A DNA stretch of 64,000 nt. Origin: Octopus bimaculoides. Lineage: Eukaryota. The translations under genes and the position numbers were made by a program. Position 1 is the first letter of the stretch. The number at the start of each line of letters is the position of its first letter. The stretch is from positions 1,994,211 through 2,058,210 of the forward strand of contig NC_069007.1 of assembly GCF_001194135.2 (NCBI RefSeq), in the 5' to 3' direction. The notes under the pieces were generated by a model that worked only from the letters and a program-made list of their open reading frames with translations, was not told the origin of the DNA and ran no database searches. Shown piece after piece: positions 11,745-25,090 of this stretch.

Positions 11745-13090
11745 GCTTCTAACGCTGGAGGTGTATTGCGGTGTCAGTTGTTCACTACCAGTGAACTAAA
11801 GTAAAATTCCTTATTTTTTGAGCACCTCCCGGAGTACCCGAGCGGTTCCAGGCAGTGCTGTTTTCTGCAAGTTCTCCACCCTTATTGCAGCCCGTATGTC
11901 TTCCATGTACTTCTCATGATTTTTACTCACTGTTCCCAGGGCTCTGACAATTCAATAATACACCTAGCACCTTTTTCATCGACCACAACTGCTTAATGTC
12001 CCAAGTTAACCTGTCATATCTATCGACTTTTTCGTGCTTTACTAGGTTCATGTTCATGCCATTTATCAATATGGTCAAATACTAGCGTTCTACATAACAC
12101 ACATTGGAGGCGCAATGGCCCAGTGGTTAGGGCAGCGGACTGGCGGTCACAGGATCGCGGTTTCGATTCCCAGACCGGGCGTTGTGAGCGTTTATTGAGC
12201 GAAAACACCTAAAGCTCCACGAGGCTCCGGCAGAGGATGGTGGCGAACCCTGCTGTACTCTTCCACTACAACTTTCTCTCACTCTTACTTCCTGTTTCTG
12301 TTGTGCCTGTAATTCAAAGGGTCAGCCTTGTCACACTGTGTCACGCTGAATATCCCCGAGAACTACGTTAAGGGTACACGTGTCTGTGGAGTGCTCAGCC
12401 ACTTGCACGTTAATTTCACGAGCAGGCTGTTCCGTTGATCGGATCAACTGGAACCCTCGACGTCGTAAGCGACGGAGGGCCAACAACATAACACACATTG
12501 GATTACTCTCCACATCTTGGTATGTCTTTTCTCGTATTCCTTCTATCCCAGTATGCTACATTCTCTTAGTTTATGAGTAACGCTTTCCTCTTTTGAATTT
12601 TATAACCTGCTCTGCGAATCTACTACTATTTTCTGCAGTTCTGATCGGGAAACTACCATGCAAAGCCTTCTCCTGCCAGTCAGGTAAATTCTGTTCTTTA
12701 TTCTGACTTTTAACTTCGCATGGTGTTTTGGTTTCCCTAACACTAGCAGCACTTCATGAACTCTCTTCACTAGTAGTCTATATCTACTCCATGCACTCTT
12801 CTACTGATATTAACCATCTACCGCCTTTCTTTCTAGGTAAGTATAATCTTCCGACTCCTGACCTTGGGGAAAGTCCTCCATTCACATTGAATCCGTTCCT
12901 AGTTCTTCTGTCTAGCTTTGCTAATTCAGTTTTTGTCCAATCTACAAAAGCTGCTGAGTATCTAAATAATGATACTGCCCAAGCATTTACAGCCTTCACT
13001 AGATTCGGATCATTTAGCTTTGACCTGATTATCTTACTCACCCTTCTGATGTACTATTTTTTCCCATCTATTGTCATTCATGTTTTTCTT
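11745..13090 (-). mobile_element. Degraded R4/Dong-like non-LTR retrotransposon, 3' part (post-RT region, zinc knuckle, RLE C-terminus)
   Basis: Minus-strand peptides YIRRVSKIIRSKLN...AVNAWAVSLFRYSAAFVDWTKTELAKLDRR...RLYLPRKKGGR, WQEKALHG, EESVTH...C, KWHEHEP and ALGTVSK...LQKTALPGTARVLREVL*. Followed by an (AAT)n-like tail at about 11715-11735. Has stops, frameshifts and deletions. Confidence 0.85.
12106..12485 (+). mobile_element. tRNA-derived SINE family A, full length, nested in the Dong-like LINE
   Basis: A-box TGGCCCAGTGG (12116), B-box GGTTTCGATTCCC (12159), CAACAAC tail, 14-bp TSD ACATAACACACATT (12092-12105; 12486-12499). Confidence 0.92.
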
Positions 13091-13329
13091 ATCACCGTTT
13101 TAACAAACGTGTTACTATTATTATCAGTATTAATTTCAGTGTTATATCCTCCTTTACGACATATTGCTTACTTTCCGCTGATATGTTGATACCCTGACTG
13201 TATGAATCATTGGATGCTGACTCGAAGAAATCATCAACCCACGTTTCTAGACCATGTCGTTGTTGAACGAAACACCTCGCAGACTCTGCGAGAGCAACCG
13301 TAAATGTCGATAACCTGAACGCGCTACAT

Positions 13330-13780
13330 CAAGAGAATAAATTGAGCGAGGTAGAACATCCCGAACGAGATTTTGAATACCGGTTGTGGTCAAGTTACTG
13401 ATTTATATGTGGGGTGTTGTCGAGTTAATGTAGTAGGCTGTGTTACCTGTTCGAGGTGAAAGGTTTTGCTGATTTGGCTATCAAGGAAATGGGATACCTG
13501 ACATTATCACGAGACCAGCCCACTACTAGATCCAATTGGTTGGTGTTATTGACGCAGATTCTCATGGATGGACTTTTAAATTCGAAACCTATTGAGCTGG
13601 TCGACTGTGGCGAAGCTGTGATGTAGAATTTAGACTCTTTGAAGTGTGCAGTCTATTCACATGTAGTTCTCTGTCGCTTTCGTACAGTTTTATGTACTTT
13701 AGCATATAAATGTTATTTCTGAATGGGGGCAGGGGACTTCCAATATGTAGAAGTATTTTCAACTCACTTCATTTTATTCC
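13330..13780 (-). pseudogene. Possible highly decayed Penelope-like reverse transcriptase remnant
   Basis: Minus-strand RFRI*KSIHENLRQ*HQPIGSSSG...SHFLDSQI loosely recalls the PLE motif (FY.LPKIHK...RPIVS...FLD). Many stops; resemblance only. Confidence 0.25.
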
Positions 13781-14301
13781 ATTTGATTTTATGTTAAAGA
13801 ATTATCAGGGTGTTATATCTGAGTGAATCTAGATCGAAGTTTTAGTAAGGTAGTAACGTTAGTTCCTCAGGAAAATAATGGGTATAGTTTTATTGTGTAG
13901 GGTGTTAGCTACCAATTGTATTAAGATAGATATGTGACATACACACATTTATACTTCACTGCAGGCGTGAGGGTAAATGTGACTATATATGTGTGTGTGT
14001 GTGTGTGTGTGTGCGTACGCAAAGATGTGGGCTGTGTCTGTATGGTTTCAGGGAACATCAATTAAAACTGTACCGGAACACGTTAAACATATATGTGCTT
14101 AATGGATTAAAGAACAAAGAGAATAGTGAATAATTATCGTAAAATATTTACTGCGCTTGCATGAAATTCAAGTGAGGAAGGTGTGAATTTATGGGACGAA
14201 ATTCGTTTTTGCATATACATGCGTACATATATATAGATGTGATGGTGTATTTATATATGTATACAGATGTATAATTACATGTATATACATACATATCCAT
14301 T

Positions 14302-14346
<45 letters not shown>

Positions 14347-14356
14347 NNNNNNNNNN

Positions 14357-14407
<51 letters not shown>

Positions 14408-15655
14408 TACATATATATATATATATACTAAACAATATCGTTACGCATATATGCACACATAGAAACCTGTAATATATTCATATACCATGTGTGTATGTGT
14501 TGACGTACTTTTATGTGGCAGTTAAATTATATATACATATTTACTTATTTCCATGTGTAGTATGTTTGCGTATATCACTCGCATGTAACAACACACACAG
14601 ACACACATATTTACATATATGAACATAGGCTGATATATAAAGGCACACTTATACACATACAAGTTAGTTCCTATACGCATTATCTGTTCATCAGAAGCGA
14701 GTCTAATTCGAAAGAGATTTTTTTATTTACTTATTTTAATCATACTTCTGATTCGTAACCATTAGTATGAATTTGTGAACAATAAAGTAATTATTGCTAA
14801 TCAGACATATATTTCAAATTAATTAGATAATAACCAATTATATCATAAACCTGTGTGATGAAAAGATAATCAAAAAAATGTCAAAACTAAGAACGCTATA
14901 GCGTAGATTCTCGCACGTTGATATGCATGCGTACAGGATATTGGTTGCTTTTGCAGAAACGGTGGAGCAGAAGATTAATCGTAGAAGATTATGAATTGTT
15001 ATGACATTTACATTCTGTCGTACTTTTAATTAACCATGGTTGAAAAACATAAACATGACTACGGGTGACATGACACGGAATGAAATTCTCCAGTCGTTCC
15101 CCCACATCACAAACGCGTGTATCAAGCTCATGATGGCTTCATTGATTTTCGTAAAAGACTTATCAAATATCGAAGGTCATTACGGATCTCTGAAAGTGGT
15201 GTTGCCACAGAAAAGCACTGACATATTATGGTTTGTTTTCAAGCATTTGTCTTGGTACTATTGCTTTTAAAAAGTGAAGCGTAATGAGAGGTGTTGTTAT
15301 TGCATCAGTGAAAACATTAATTGTTCCACCAATAAACCATTCCGCATCTCAAGACGACAAATATCTTAGAGTTACAGCCAAGTTAATTATTTTCGCTGAC
15401 GTTAGTATGTCTGTCTATCTATATATCTATCTATTTATATATTAACCACATAGACATAGTGATAATAATAACCTGGTGTTATAACTCAATATACAAATGC
15501 TTCAAGACGAAGCGTCAGTTGATTACAGAGCCGTAATAAAAATGACAAAGGAACAAAACATTATGTATGTCATGAACTTCATTAGCGAACAACTCTTCTT
15601 CTATAAGATGCAATGCCATTACATAAATCTTTATTCCATTGTTATTCTAATCTCT

Positions 15656-15705
<50 letters not shown>

Positions 15706-15716
15706 CATTATGCATG

Positions 15717-15757
<41 letters not shown>

Positions 15758-15765
15758 CTTTTTCC

Positions 15766-15798
<33 letters not shown>

Positions 15799-15801
15799 TA
15801 A

Positions 15802-16206
15802 GCGGATGGGTGGTTGTGTAGTAAGTAGCTTGCTTACCAACCACATAGTTGCGGGTTCAGTCCCACCGGGTGGCACCTTGAGCATGTGCCTTCTACTATA
15901 GCCTCGGGCCGCCCAAAGCATTGTGAGTGGATTGGGTAGACGGAAACTGAAAGAAGCCCGTCGTATATATAGATATATATATATATTTGTGTGTATGTGT
16001 GTTTGTGTGTCTGTGTTTGTTCCAACACCACTTGAGAACCGATGCTGGTGTGTTTACGTCCCCGTAACCTAGCGGTTCGGCAAAAGAGATCAATAGAGTA
16101 AGTACTAGGCTTACAAAGAATAAGTCCTGGGGTCGATTTGCTCGACTAAAGGCGTTGCTCCAGCATGGCCGCAGTCAAATGACTGAAGCAAGTAAAAGAG
16201 TAAAAG
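15802..16206 (+). mobile_element. tRNA-derived SINE family B, full length, with internal (TA)/(TG) microsatellite
   Basis: A-box-like TGGTTGTGTAGT, B-box GGGTTCAGTCCC (15853), internal microsatellite at about 15963-16018, tail AGTAAAAGAGTAAAAG. Fragments of the same family occur at 20.3, 23.0-23.3 and 62.2 kb. Confidence 0.88.
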
Positions 16207-18228
16207 TGTATATACGTGTCTGTGTGAGTATGTGTGTATATTCCGATATCTTTTCTTTTCTGTTTCAAACAATATATAAAGTTTATATATTCCTTATTTT
16301 CGTTAAAACATTCTACTATTCCGTCAAAGTGTAAAGTACTTTTACTTGTGTCTCGGCATAAAACGGTTAGCTAAATTCACTTTATTGTACTTGTTTACGA
16401 CTAGAATTTTGTGGCCTGCAGCAATGAGTAGTATGTGTGTATTATATATAGAAGTGATATGAGCAGGAATGCGACTTGTCCATAGATACAGTAGAAATTA
16501 TTGATCAAAATGACGTTTACTCCATACAATACATGGAAACCAATCTGGCGTTGTCTCCTGTATCTGTTAATCAAGCCAGAAACTCTTTTTAAAAGAACAT
16601 ATGGAAGGAAGAATAATTTTATGATGGAATCAGTTTGCGCTGCAAACGGCCTTCATTTGAACGAAAGCTTTATCGTTCATTCATTCATTCAGTCGTGTAG
16701 TTAACTAGTCAGCCAGGCGTTTGTTATAATAAATATCAAGAGAACCACACAGCGATGTTTTCTTTACTATGTAAACATGTGTTTCATAATACTTGGCAAC
16801 ATGGTTCCAACAAAACAAAGTAAAAGAATAACAAATAAAAAGCAAACATATTGGTATCATGAGCAGCTGATTAAAGAAACTGTTACAACTGCATATCAGC
16901 TCATTTTGTTGTATTTGGATACATAGTTCCACAGTCCATTTTAAGTCTATTATTGTAGAATAACAGAGAGCAGATTGCCTCTATTAATCATACGACATCG
17001 ATCTAAGGATCATTAGCTCGCTTTGAGCTAACGAAGGGGCCACTGGGAAAATACTCAATTACACACACATACAAAAAAAAAGAACAAAACAACAGAGGAG
17101 CCAACCTTCTCTCAATTCCCACATGACCTTTCCAAATAAAGATGTATTCAATATCGTGGCCCTTATTATAAAGGGAAATACGTGACAGTCGCTGCTGGAA
17201 CACAATTGATCGTAGGTCTTCTAGGAATCGACCAGAGCTGACCTATGACTAAACCATGGTAACAGCAACAACAACATAATTTTCTGCTGCATTTTAAGTA
17301 TATTCAATACACAGTAACGCAGTACACTTAATCTTCATTGTAAAGCTCGGATCATAGCATCTTTCACATCAATTCGACCCACATCTTCGCCAGCCACTTT
17401 ATTCTGTAAAAATATTGACACGTTTCAGAGAACTGAAATTAAATGTGGGAATGTGTATGAAGGACAAGCAACTAATGCCGTAGAATTATTTGTCAATATA
17501 TATTGTGTCGCGAAATGAGATTAGATGAACGATATAATTAGACTTGTAAATGAACGAACTTTTCTCTTCTCCAGCGATATATTTATGTATTTGGAGTAGA
17601 GTGTGAATTAAATGCGTTAGTTAGTTACGATGTTAAGCCTCCCGGGGAACATTACAAAGAGCTGGAGAAGTGAAGAATACTAACTTGTATATATTTCTTT
17701 CCATGTATATTTATATACATTTGCACAGGAACACACACATAAACACATCACGCTGATATGCGCACTAACATCATGCATACAGAAACACACTTACGCCATT
17801 TTATATCAGAATGGTACATGCTTGGCAATGAATTGATTTGAAAGTCTGTGTTAAAACAAAAGCAATTATGACGTAGAAAGTCATTATAGCCATTCAGATA
17901 CACACCAAAATGTTTAAATGCCTCTTTCGTTATTTGGAAAGAATTTATGCCATAATTGTAACACTGTTTGTGCGTTTATGTCCAATAAAAGGCTCACCTA
18001 GCATTTTGTGATGTAAACACAATATGAGTCTGACAAAGTTTGGAAAGACTGGTGCAAGAAATAGGGAGGGGGCATAGTTCCCTAACTGAAGTTACAGGGA
18101 AGATTGCGTAATAAATTTGGATAAAGGGAGGAGACACGTGTCTTATTGAAAAATATCACAATAAACCACTATTCAGAGTTTTACGTTCCCGTTCGTCGAA
18201 CAAACTGCCCGGCAAACGGGAACGTGAA

Positions 18229-19000
18229 ACTCTGAGTATGGCAACTACTGAATCTTTTTTTTTTTTTATCCAGAATCCCTGTACACCCTCAGATACTTCA
18301 GCTTTCCAATTGCTTCTCTTTTTACTCATATTTCTAAAACTGTCTTCTGTGAAGTGGATAACCTCTTGCTGGGGAAAAGCATCTGTTTGCGTCTGGCTGC
18401 AGAGCCATTCAGCTCTAGGATTCTGTTGTTCTTGCTTACTCTATAACTTAATCCAGAGAGGTCGATTTTCATCTGCATCATAGATTAATCTTTCACGCTT
18501 TTATCATCATTAATCTTTTGATAAAATCATTTTTGGTCGTCGGTTCTAAACAATCTGTTTTGCCGGTATTGCTTAATCCGTTTTTTCAAACCTGCTTAGC
18601 TTTGCTTTTATTGTTTTTTGCAACTATGCGCTGCTTCAGTTCGTCAATTACAACATTCAGTCTTTTTTATATTTTGACCATACTTCTTCCTAACAAATTC
18701 GAATTTCTATTCATTCTTAAGTTTTCCATTTCTTCTCCTGGCAAGTGTTGACACTATACTGTTCAAGGTTATATCTTCTGAAAGTCTCCGTTTCCACTAA
18801 GGTTGTTTAATTCCTCTTCTATCCGTTGCTGTTCTGTTCTCAGTCGTTCTCAATCCCATTCTCTCCGCCACAATCTTATTAGCAGCCTTGATATGATTAT
18901 TTCTTTGTTTGACGTTCTCTGCTCCGCGGTGCCGCAATATATTATTCACTCTTCTCGTCTCTTGATTTAGGCTCCACTGGAATGCTTTGTAAGTGATATA
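18229..19000 (-). mobile_element. Degraded R4/Dong-like retrotransposon, region just upstream of the RT domain
   Basis: Minus-strand, with frameshifts: NNHIKAANKIVAERMGL; KQP*WKRRL; LNVVIDELKQRI; RIKQYRQNRLF...FYQKIN; NWKAEVSEGVQGFWIKK (cf. NWKAPGPDGVQGFWIK). Confidence 0.8.
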
Positions 19001-19760
19001 TTTAGACAGAAGTGGATTTAGTGATATCATGTTTTGTCGTGGAATGACAGTCTTTTGGTACACTTTCGTGTGTCAAAAATGTACTAAATAATTGAGAAGA
19101 GAATTTGCGCCTCGAAGTTCGAGATTATCTCTAGGAGAACGATCTACATGTATATGCATGAAACGTCAACGTGAATGCGTGTCTTTTTGTTACGATGTAT
19201 GTTCCAGAGACAGTACGAGAGAGAGAAACAGAGAGAGAGAGAGACACAGAAACAGAGAGAGAGAGAGAGAGGCGGAGGGGGGGAGAGGCGNNNNNNNNNN
19301 NNNNNNNNNNNNNNNNNNNNNNNNNNNNNNNNNNNNNNNNNNNNNNNNNNNNNNNNNNNNNNNNNNNNNNNNNNNNNNNNNNNNNNNNNNNNNNNNNNNN
19401 NNNNNNNNNNNNNNNNNNNNNNNNNNNNNNNNNNNNNNNNNNNNNNNNNNNNNNNNNNNNNNNNNNNNNNNNNNNNNNNNNNNNNNNNNNNNNNNNNNNN
19501 NNNNNNNNNNNNNNNNNNNNNNNNNNNNNNNNNNNNNNNNNNNNNNNNNNNNNNNNNNNNNNNNNNNNNNNNNNNNNNNNNNNNNNNNNNNNNNNNNNNN
19601 NNNNNNNNNNNNNNNNNNNNNNNNNNNNNNNNNNNNNNNNNNNNNNNNNNNNNNNNNNNNNNNNNNNNNNNNNNNNNNNNNNNNNNNNNNNNNNNNNNNN
19701 NNNNNNNNNNNNNNNNNNNNNNNNNNNNNNNNNNNNNNNNNNNNNNNNNNNNNNNNNNNN

Positions 19761-19795
<35 letters not shown>

Positions 19796-20259
19796 GCACA
19801 CATGCATACATACATACATAATATACGATTTGACGACAACAGCTGCCAACACAAATGGACAAGGTGACAGGAATATGAAAGACAAAAGACACAAGTATCA
19901 CAAAATTAAACAGTGAAGAATAATAAAGTTAGGCTGAGTCAATGATGCGGCTTACTTCGATTTATAGACCACAGAGACGGCGACAACGTGGAAACAAAAA
20001 GAAGGAAGAAAATAAGAATAAGAAAAATTCCGAAAGAAAAGCCGAACAATAGAAGTAGTGAGAGACATACAATAAGAAAAACAAAGCAAAAGAGATTTCT
20101 AATAAAACTAGCATCAGCTGGGTATTTCTTTTGAGTGTTTTCATGTTATTGTTCATCGGTTGACGCATATGGACATTGCATATGTATACTACAATTACAC
20201 ACCTATACACAAAGAAATGCACATATTTGTTCAGGCTCACACAGGAAAAGACAACCTCT

Positions 20260-20440
20260 TGCTTGATTTCGTCATTGGACTGCGGCTATACTGGAGCATT
20301 GCCTCGAAGCCTTCTTATCTAATGAGATGGATACCTGTTGTTTATTGCTCATAAGTATCGTAATTACTCTATCAGTCTCATTGACCGAACCGTTATGTTA
20401 CCGTGGCATAAGCATACCAAACGCAACATTACCAGTTGTC
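20260..20440 (-). mobile_element. SINE family B, 3' fragment
   Basis: GACTGCGGCTATACTGGAGCATTGCC...GACCGAACCG is the degenerate reverse complement of the 3' half of 15802-16206. Confidence 0.7.
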
Positions 20441-20493
20441 AAGTATATGGAGAAATAAACAAATACATGAATGCACACGCAAGAGCACACACA

Positions 20494-20527
<34 letters not shown>

Positions 20528-21470
20528 NNNNNNNNNNNNNNNNNNNNNNNNNNNNNNNNNNNNNNNNNNNNNNNNNNNNNNNNNNNNNNNNNNNNNNNNN
20601 NNNNNNNNNNNNNNNNNNNNNNNNNNNNNNNNNNNNNNNNNNNNNNNNNNNNNNNNNNNNNNNNNNNNNNNNNNNNNNNNNNNNNNNNNNNNNNNNNNNN
20701 NNNNNNNNNNNNNNNNNNNNNNNNNNNNNNNNNNNNNNNNNNNNNNNNNNNNNNNNNNNNNNNNNNNNNNNNNNNNNNNNNNNNNNNNNNNNNNNNNNNN
20801 NNNNNNNNNNNNNNNNNNNNNNNNNNNNNNNNNNNNNNNNNNNNNNNNNNNNNNNNNNNNNNNNNNNNNNNNNNNNNNNNNNNNNNNNNNNNNNNNNNNN
20901 NNNNNNNNNNNNNNNNNNNNNNNNNNNNNNNNNNNNNNNNNNNNNNNNNNNNNNNNNNNNNNNNNNNNNNNNNNNNNNNNNNNNNNNNNNNNNNNNNNNN
21001 NNNNNNNNNNNNNNNNNNNNNNNNNNNNNNNNNNNNNNNNNNNNNNNNNNNNNNNNNNNNNNNNNNNNNNNNNNNNNNNNNNNNNNNNNNNNNNNNNNNN
21101 NNNNNNNNNNNNNNNNNNNNNNNNNNNNNNNNNNNNNNNNNNNNNNNNNNNNNNNNNNNNNNNNNNNNNNNNNNNNNNNNNNNNNNNNNNNNNNNNNNNN
21201 NNNNNNNNNNNNNNNNNNNNNNNNNNNNNNNNNNNNNNNNNNNNNNNNNNNNNNNNNNNNNNNNNNNNNNNNNNNNNNNNNNNNNNNNNNNNNNNNNNNN
21301 NNNNNNNNNNNNNNNNNNNNNNNNNNNNNNNNNNNNNNNNNNNNNNNNNNNNNNNNNNNNNNNNNNNNNNNNNNNNNNNNNNNNNNNNNNNNNNNNNNNN
21401 NNNNNNNNNNNNNNNNNNNNNNNNNNNNNNNNNNNNNNNNNNNNNNNNNNNNNNNNNNNNNNNNNNNNNN

Positions 21471-21512
<42 letters not shown>

Positions 21513-21822
21513 ATGACGATGATAACCGGTCGTCGGCTTCAGCTGTTATTGAGATTTGCTGAAGAAAATAATCCTTCAGCTATTTAACAAATCAAATTGT
21601 CGTATGCTATAATGAATAAGGAAAGAAAGGAAATCGTATGCAAATGTATACTTATTTCAATGAGTCTCTTACATATCATTATAAAACTGAATAAATTGGC
21701 CAATGTTTGCTGCGCAGGTAGCTGTGCTGTGTACATGTGCATAAATGCATACACACATACACACTCACACATACGCGTGCACAACCGCACGCACACACGA
21801 ATACCAAGAAATACATAAACAC

Positions 21823-21869
<47 letters not shown>

Positions 21870-21883
21870 NNNNNNNNNNATAG

Positions 21884-21918
<35 letters not shown>

Positions 21919-22118
21919 CATACATATATATATACATACATACATTGATCTGAATATATATATATATATATATGTATATATTCACATGAATGTATGTATG
22001 TGTAGCAACATTTCGTAAAAGGCTAACCGATATATGTATACCTCTGACTAGATATGTTGGAATTTGTACACATGCGTGGCTGAGTGAATATGTGTGCGTG
22101 TTTTGTATGTATGTGTTT

Positions 22119-22150
<32 letters not shown>

Positions 22151-22739
22151 CTGTGTATAAGAGGGTGGCATATTTATGTTCGTTTGTGTGTAACATTTTA
22201 ACTTTTGCGCCATCCACATTTGCACAAGACAATTCACATCTTACATGCCAAAACACACACACACATGTATTTAGTTATAAAGAACCACTTATAAACATAC
22301 ATACATCCGTACGTAGGTACGTACGTACGTACATATATATGGAGTTATGTATGTATAATGAGTTTGTCTTGCTTGATATGTTAAACATCATCAAATTCAT
22401 ACAAGGAGACAGTAACAGCTCTTATTTGAATTAGAAACCATGCGGACATTTCTTAATAACCAAATATATACCAAAAATCAATAAAAACTCATTTTCTTTG
22501 ACAATATACCAGACTCTTGGACTGTAATACAAAAGCAAATTTACCGAAATTTTCATTTGCATATTATGGTAAATATGTAACATGTTTCTTATTAAAACTT
22601 GCAACTCATTAGAATCATTAAAATATTTTCTGTTTAACTTTAACAGCAAATGTTTGCAAGTAATTACTGGTGATTTGTCGGAGAGCAGAAATTACTTCCT
22701 CGTATATTTTGTATCAACTTTTTTTTTTTGTTTTTTTAG

Positions 22740-22895
22740 GGAAGCGACCTGGCAGAATTGTTATCGGACCAGGCGAAATGCTTAGTGGCATGTCATGTTC
22801 TCGGTTCAAGTTCCGCCGACCACGATATTTCCTTTCATCCTTTTGCGATCGATAAATTAAGTATCAGTGAAACATTGCGGCCGATGTAAGCAGTG
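22740..22895 (+). mobile_element. SINE family C monomer, degenerate
   Basis: CTGGCAGAATTGTTATC...GGTTCAAGTTCCGCCGA...CCTTTCATCCTTTTGCGATCGATAAATTAAGTA. Confidence 0.75.
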
Positions 22896-22984
22896 GTGGA
22901 GAGACAAACAGAGATACAAAGAAACACGGTCAGACACAGAGACGCAGACACACAGACGTACACACACGTGTGTGTGTGTGTGTG

Positions 22985-23340
22985 TATGTGACTGGCTTCT
23001 TTCAGTTTCCTATTTCTTTATCGCCCACAATGGACTACACACAGAGGGGACAAACACGGACAGACAAACGGATTAAGTCGATTATTTCTACCCCAGTGTG
23101 TAACTGGTACTTATTTAATCGACCACGAAAGAATGAAAAGCAAAGTCGACCTCGGCGGAATTTGAACTCAGAACGTAGCAGATGACGAAATACCGCTAAG
23201 CATTTCGCACGGCGTGCTAACGTTTCTGCCAGCTCGCCGCCTTACAAACAGATTAAGTTTCAGTTTCTGCCTGCCAAATCCACTGACAAGTCTTTGGTCG
23301 GTCCAAGGTTACAGAAGAAGACACTTGCTCAAGGTGCCAG
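22985..23340 (-). mobile_element. SINE family C left-type monomer (23011-23241) nested in a family B fragment
   Basis: Family B sequence (GGCTTCTTTCAGTTTC ... TTTCAGTTTCTGCCTGCCAAATCCACTGACAAG...CAAGGTGCC) is split by a complete family C monomer. TTTCAGTTTC occurs on both sides. Confidence 0.8.
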
Positions 23341-24206
23341 GCTTCCCACCAAAACTACAGCCTGTGAGAAGTGACGCGTTCGGTCATCTTCCGTGAAAAC
23401 GACAATTCGACGAGCGCGCACTCTACCTCTGTACTCTAGACATAACAGCGAAGAACTGATCCGATCTCTCGTAGCATACCAGAAAGTGAGGCGTCGTCTC
23501 CCACTCAAAGGATTTTGCACACGTGGCATTATTTTAACTGGAAAACATAAAGTCGGATACTTTTCGAACTCCTGAAGCACATACAAGCAGTCATACCATA
23601 TCAGAAAGGACAGCAATTGTTTCACAATTATGAAATACGTAGTTTTACATGAATGCTGTACGTGGTTAATAAATTTGCTAGAAATAGGAGTCTTACCTCC
23701 TTGAAATCATACGCTTCTCATACAAAAAAGTACTTTTAACCATGAGAACAGCGGAAGTGTTAGTGCTAAGGTGGTTATCTCTGCTCGATTGTGGCTTACC
23801 TGAGGTTCGAACTCAAAAACGACGTTGCGTTAAAATTGCAGAATGTACACGGCAGACGGTGGGTGACACAACATTTGATAAGCCAGACTACATTTTGGTA
23901 AAAAAAATTTTCTGTAGCCGAATCTAATATTTTGGAACATGATTCTGTCAATAGTGATATTTCTAGAGACAAGGGTTACAGATTTTCAAAAGAGAGACGA
24001 ACAGATATCTATTGTCGTTTTTGTCATCTCAAATATTGAGAACCAGTCATTGTCCTGCTGAAAATCTATAACTAACGATGGCATTGTTGATACATATACT
24101 CACGAACATACATATATACACACACAATATATTGTTTGTGTATATATGTGTGTATTTATATATATAATACATATATATATATATAGATACACACACGCAC
24201 GTACAT

Positions 24207-24287
<81 letters not shown>

Positions 24288-24689
24288 TATATATATACAT
24301 ATATGTTTGTATATATGTATATACATAGATGTATATATACATATATATGTGTGTGTGTGAGCCTGTGTGAGCTTGTGTGTGCGTGTATGTATCTATAGAG
24401 ACGCGTAAGCAAGTACCATGTTGGCATTCGTATGGATATCAGTTGGGTAATATGGACACAATGCAAAATAATTATGCAGAGACACAGATGCGAACATGTA
24501 GATATGGATGTGACGTCGTATAGGTTTGTAGGACACGAACGGTGGAGGGGGTGGTGGTTCTGGGAAGAGAGGAGAGGTGTGAGGAGATGACAAATGGATG
24601 AGGGAGAGCGGGAGGCAAAGAAGGAACAGGAAAGACGAAGCAGAAGGAAAGAGAGTGAAATAGAAAAGAATAGTCAATAGAAATGGAGA

Positions 24690-25090
24690 GGGAGAGAGAG
24701 GGGGAGGAGGAGGAGGAGAAGAAGGAGACGAAGTAGAAGGAGGAGGAGGAGGAGAATGATGAGGAGAAGAAGAAGAAGAAGAAGAAAAGGAAGAAAATGA
24801 AGAAGAAGGAGAGGAAGAAGAAAAGGAAGATACAAAAAAAGAAGAAGAAGAAGAATATAAAGAAGAAGAAAAAGAAGAAAAGGAAGAAAATGAAGAAGGA
24901 GAGGAAGAAGAAAAGGAAGATAAAAAAGAAAAAGAAGAAAAGGAAGAAAATGAAGGAGAGGAAGAAGAAAAGGAAGATAAAAAAGAAGAAAAAGAAGAAA
25001 AGGAAGAAAATGAAGAAGGAAAGGAAGATAATGAAGAAGAAGGAGAGGAAGAAGAAAAGGAAGATAAAGAAGAAAAAGAAGAAGAAGAAA
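24690..25090. repeat. Purine-only (GAA/GGA)-derived minisatellite with ~55-60-bp higher-order unit
   Basis: GAAGAAAAGGAAGAAAATGAA(GAA)GGAGAGGAAGAAGAAAAGGAAGAT recurs about 4 times. Confidence 0.85.

Noticed and set aside
12106-12175. tRNA-like A/B boxes (also in SINE families B, C and D)
   Set aside because: SINE heads that continue into SINE bodies, some with TSDs; no complete cloverleaf.
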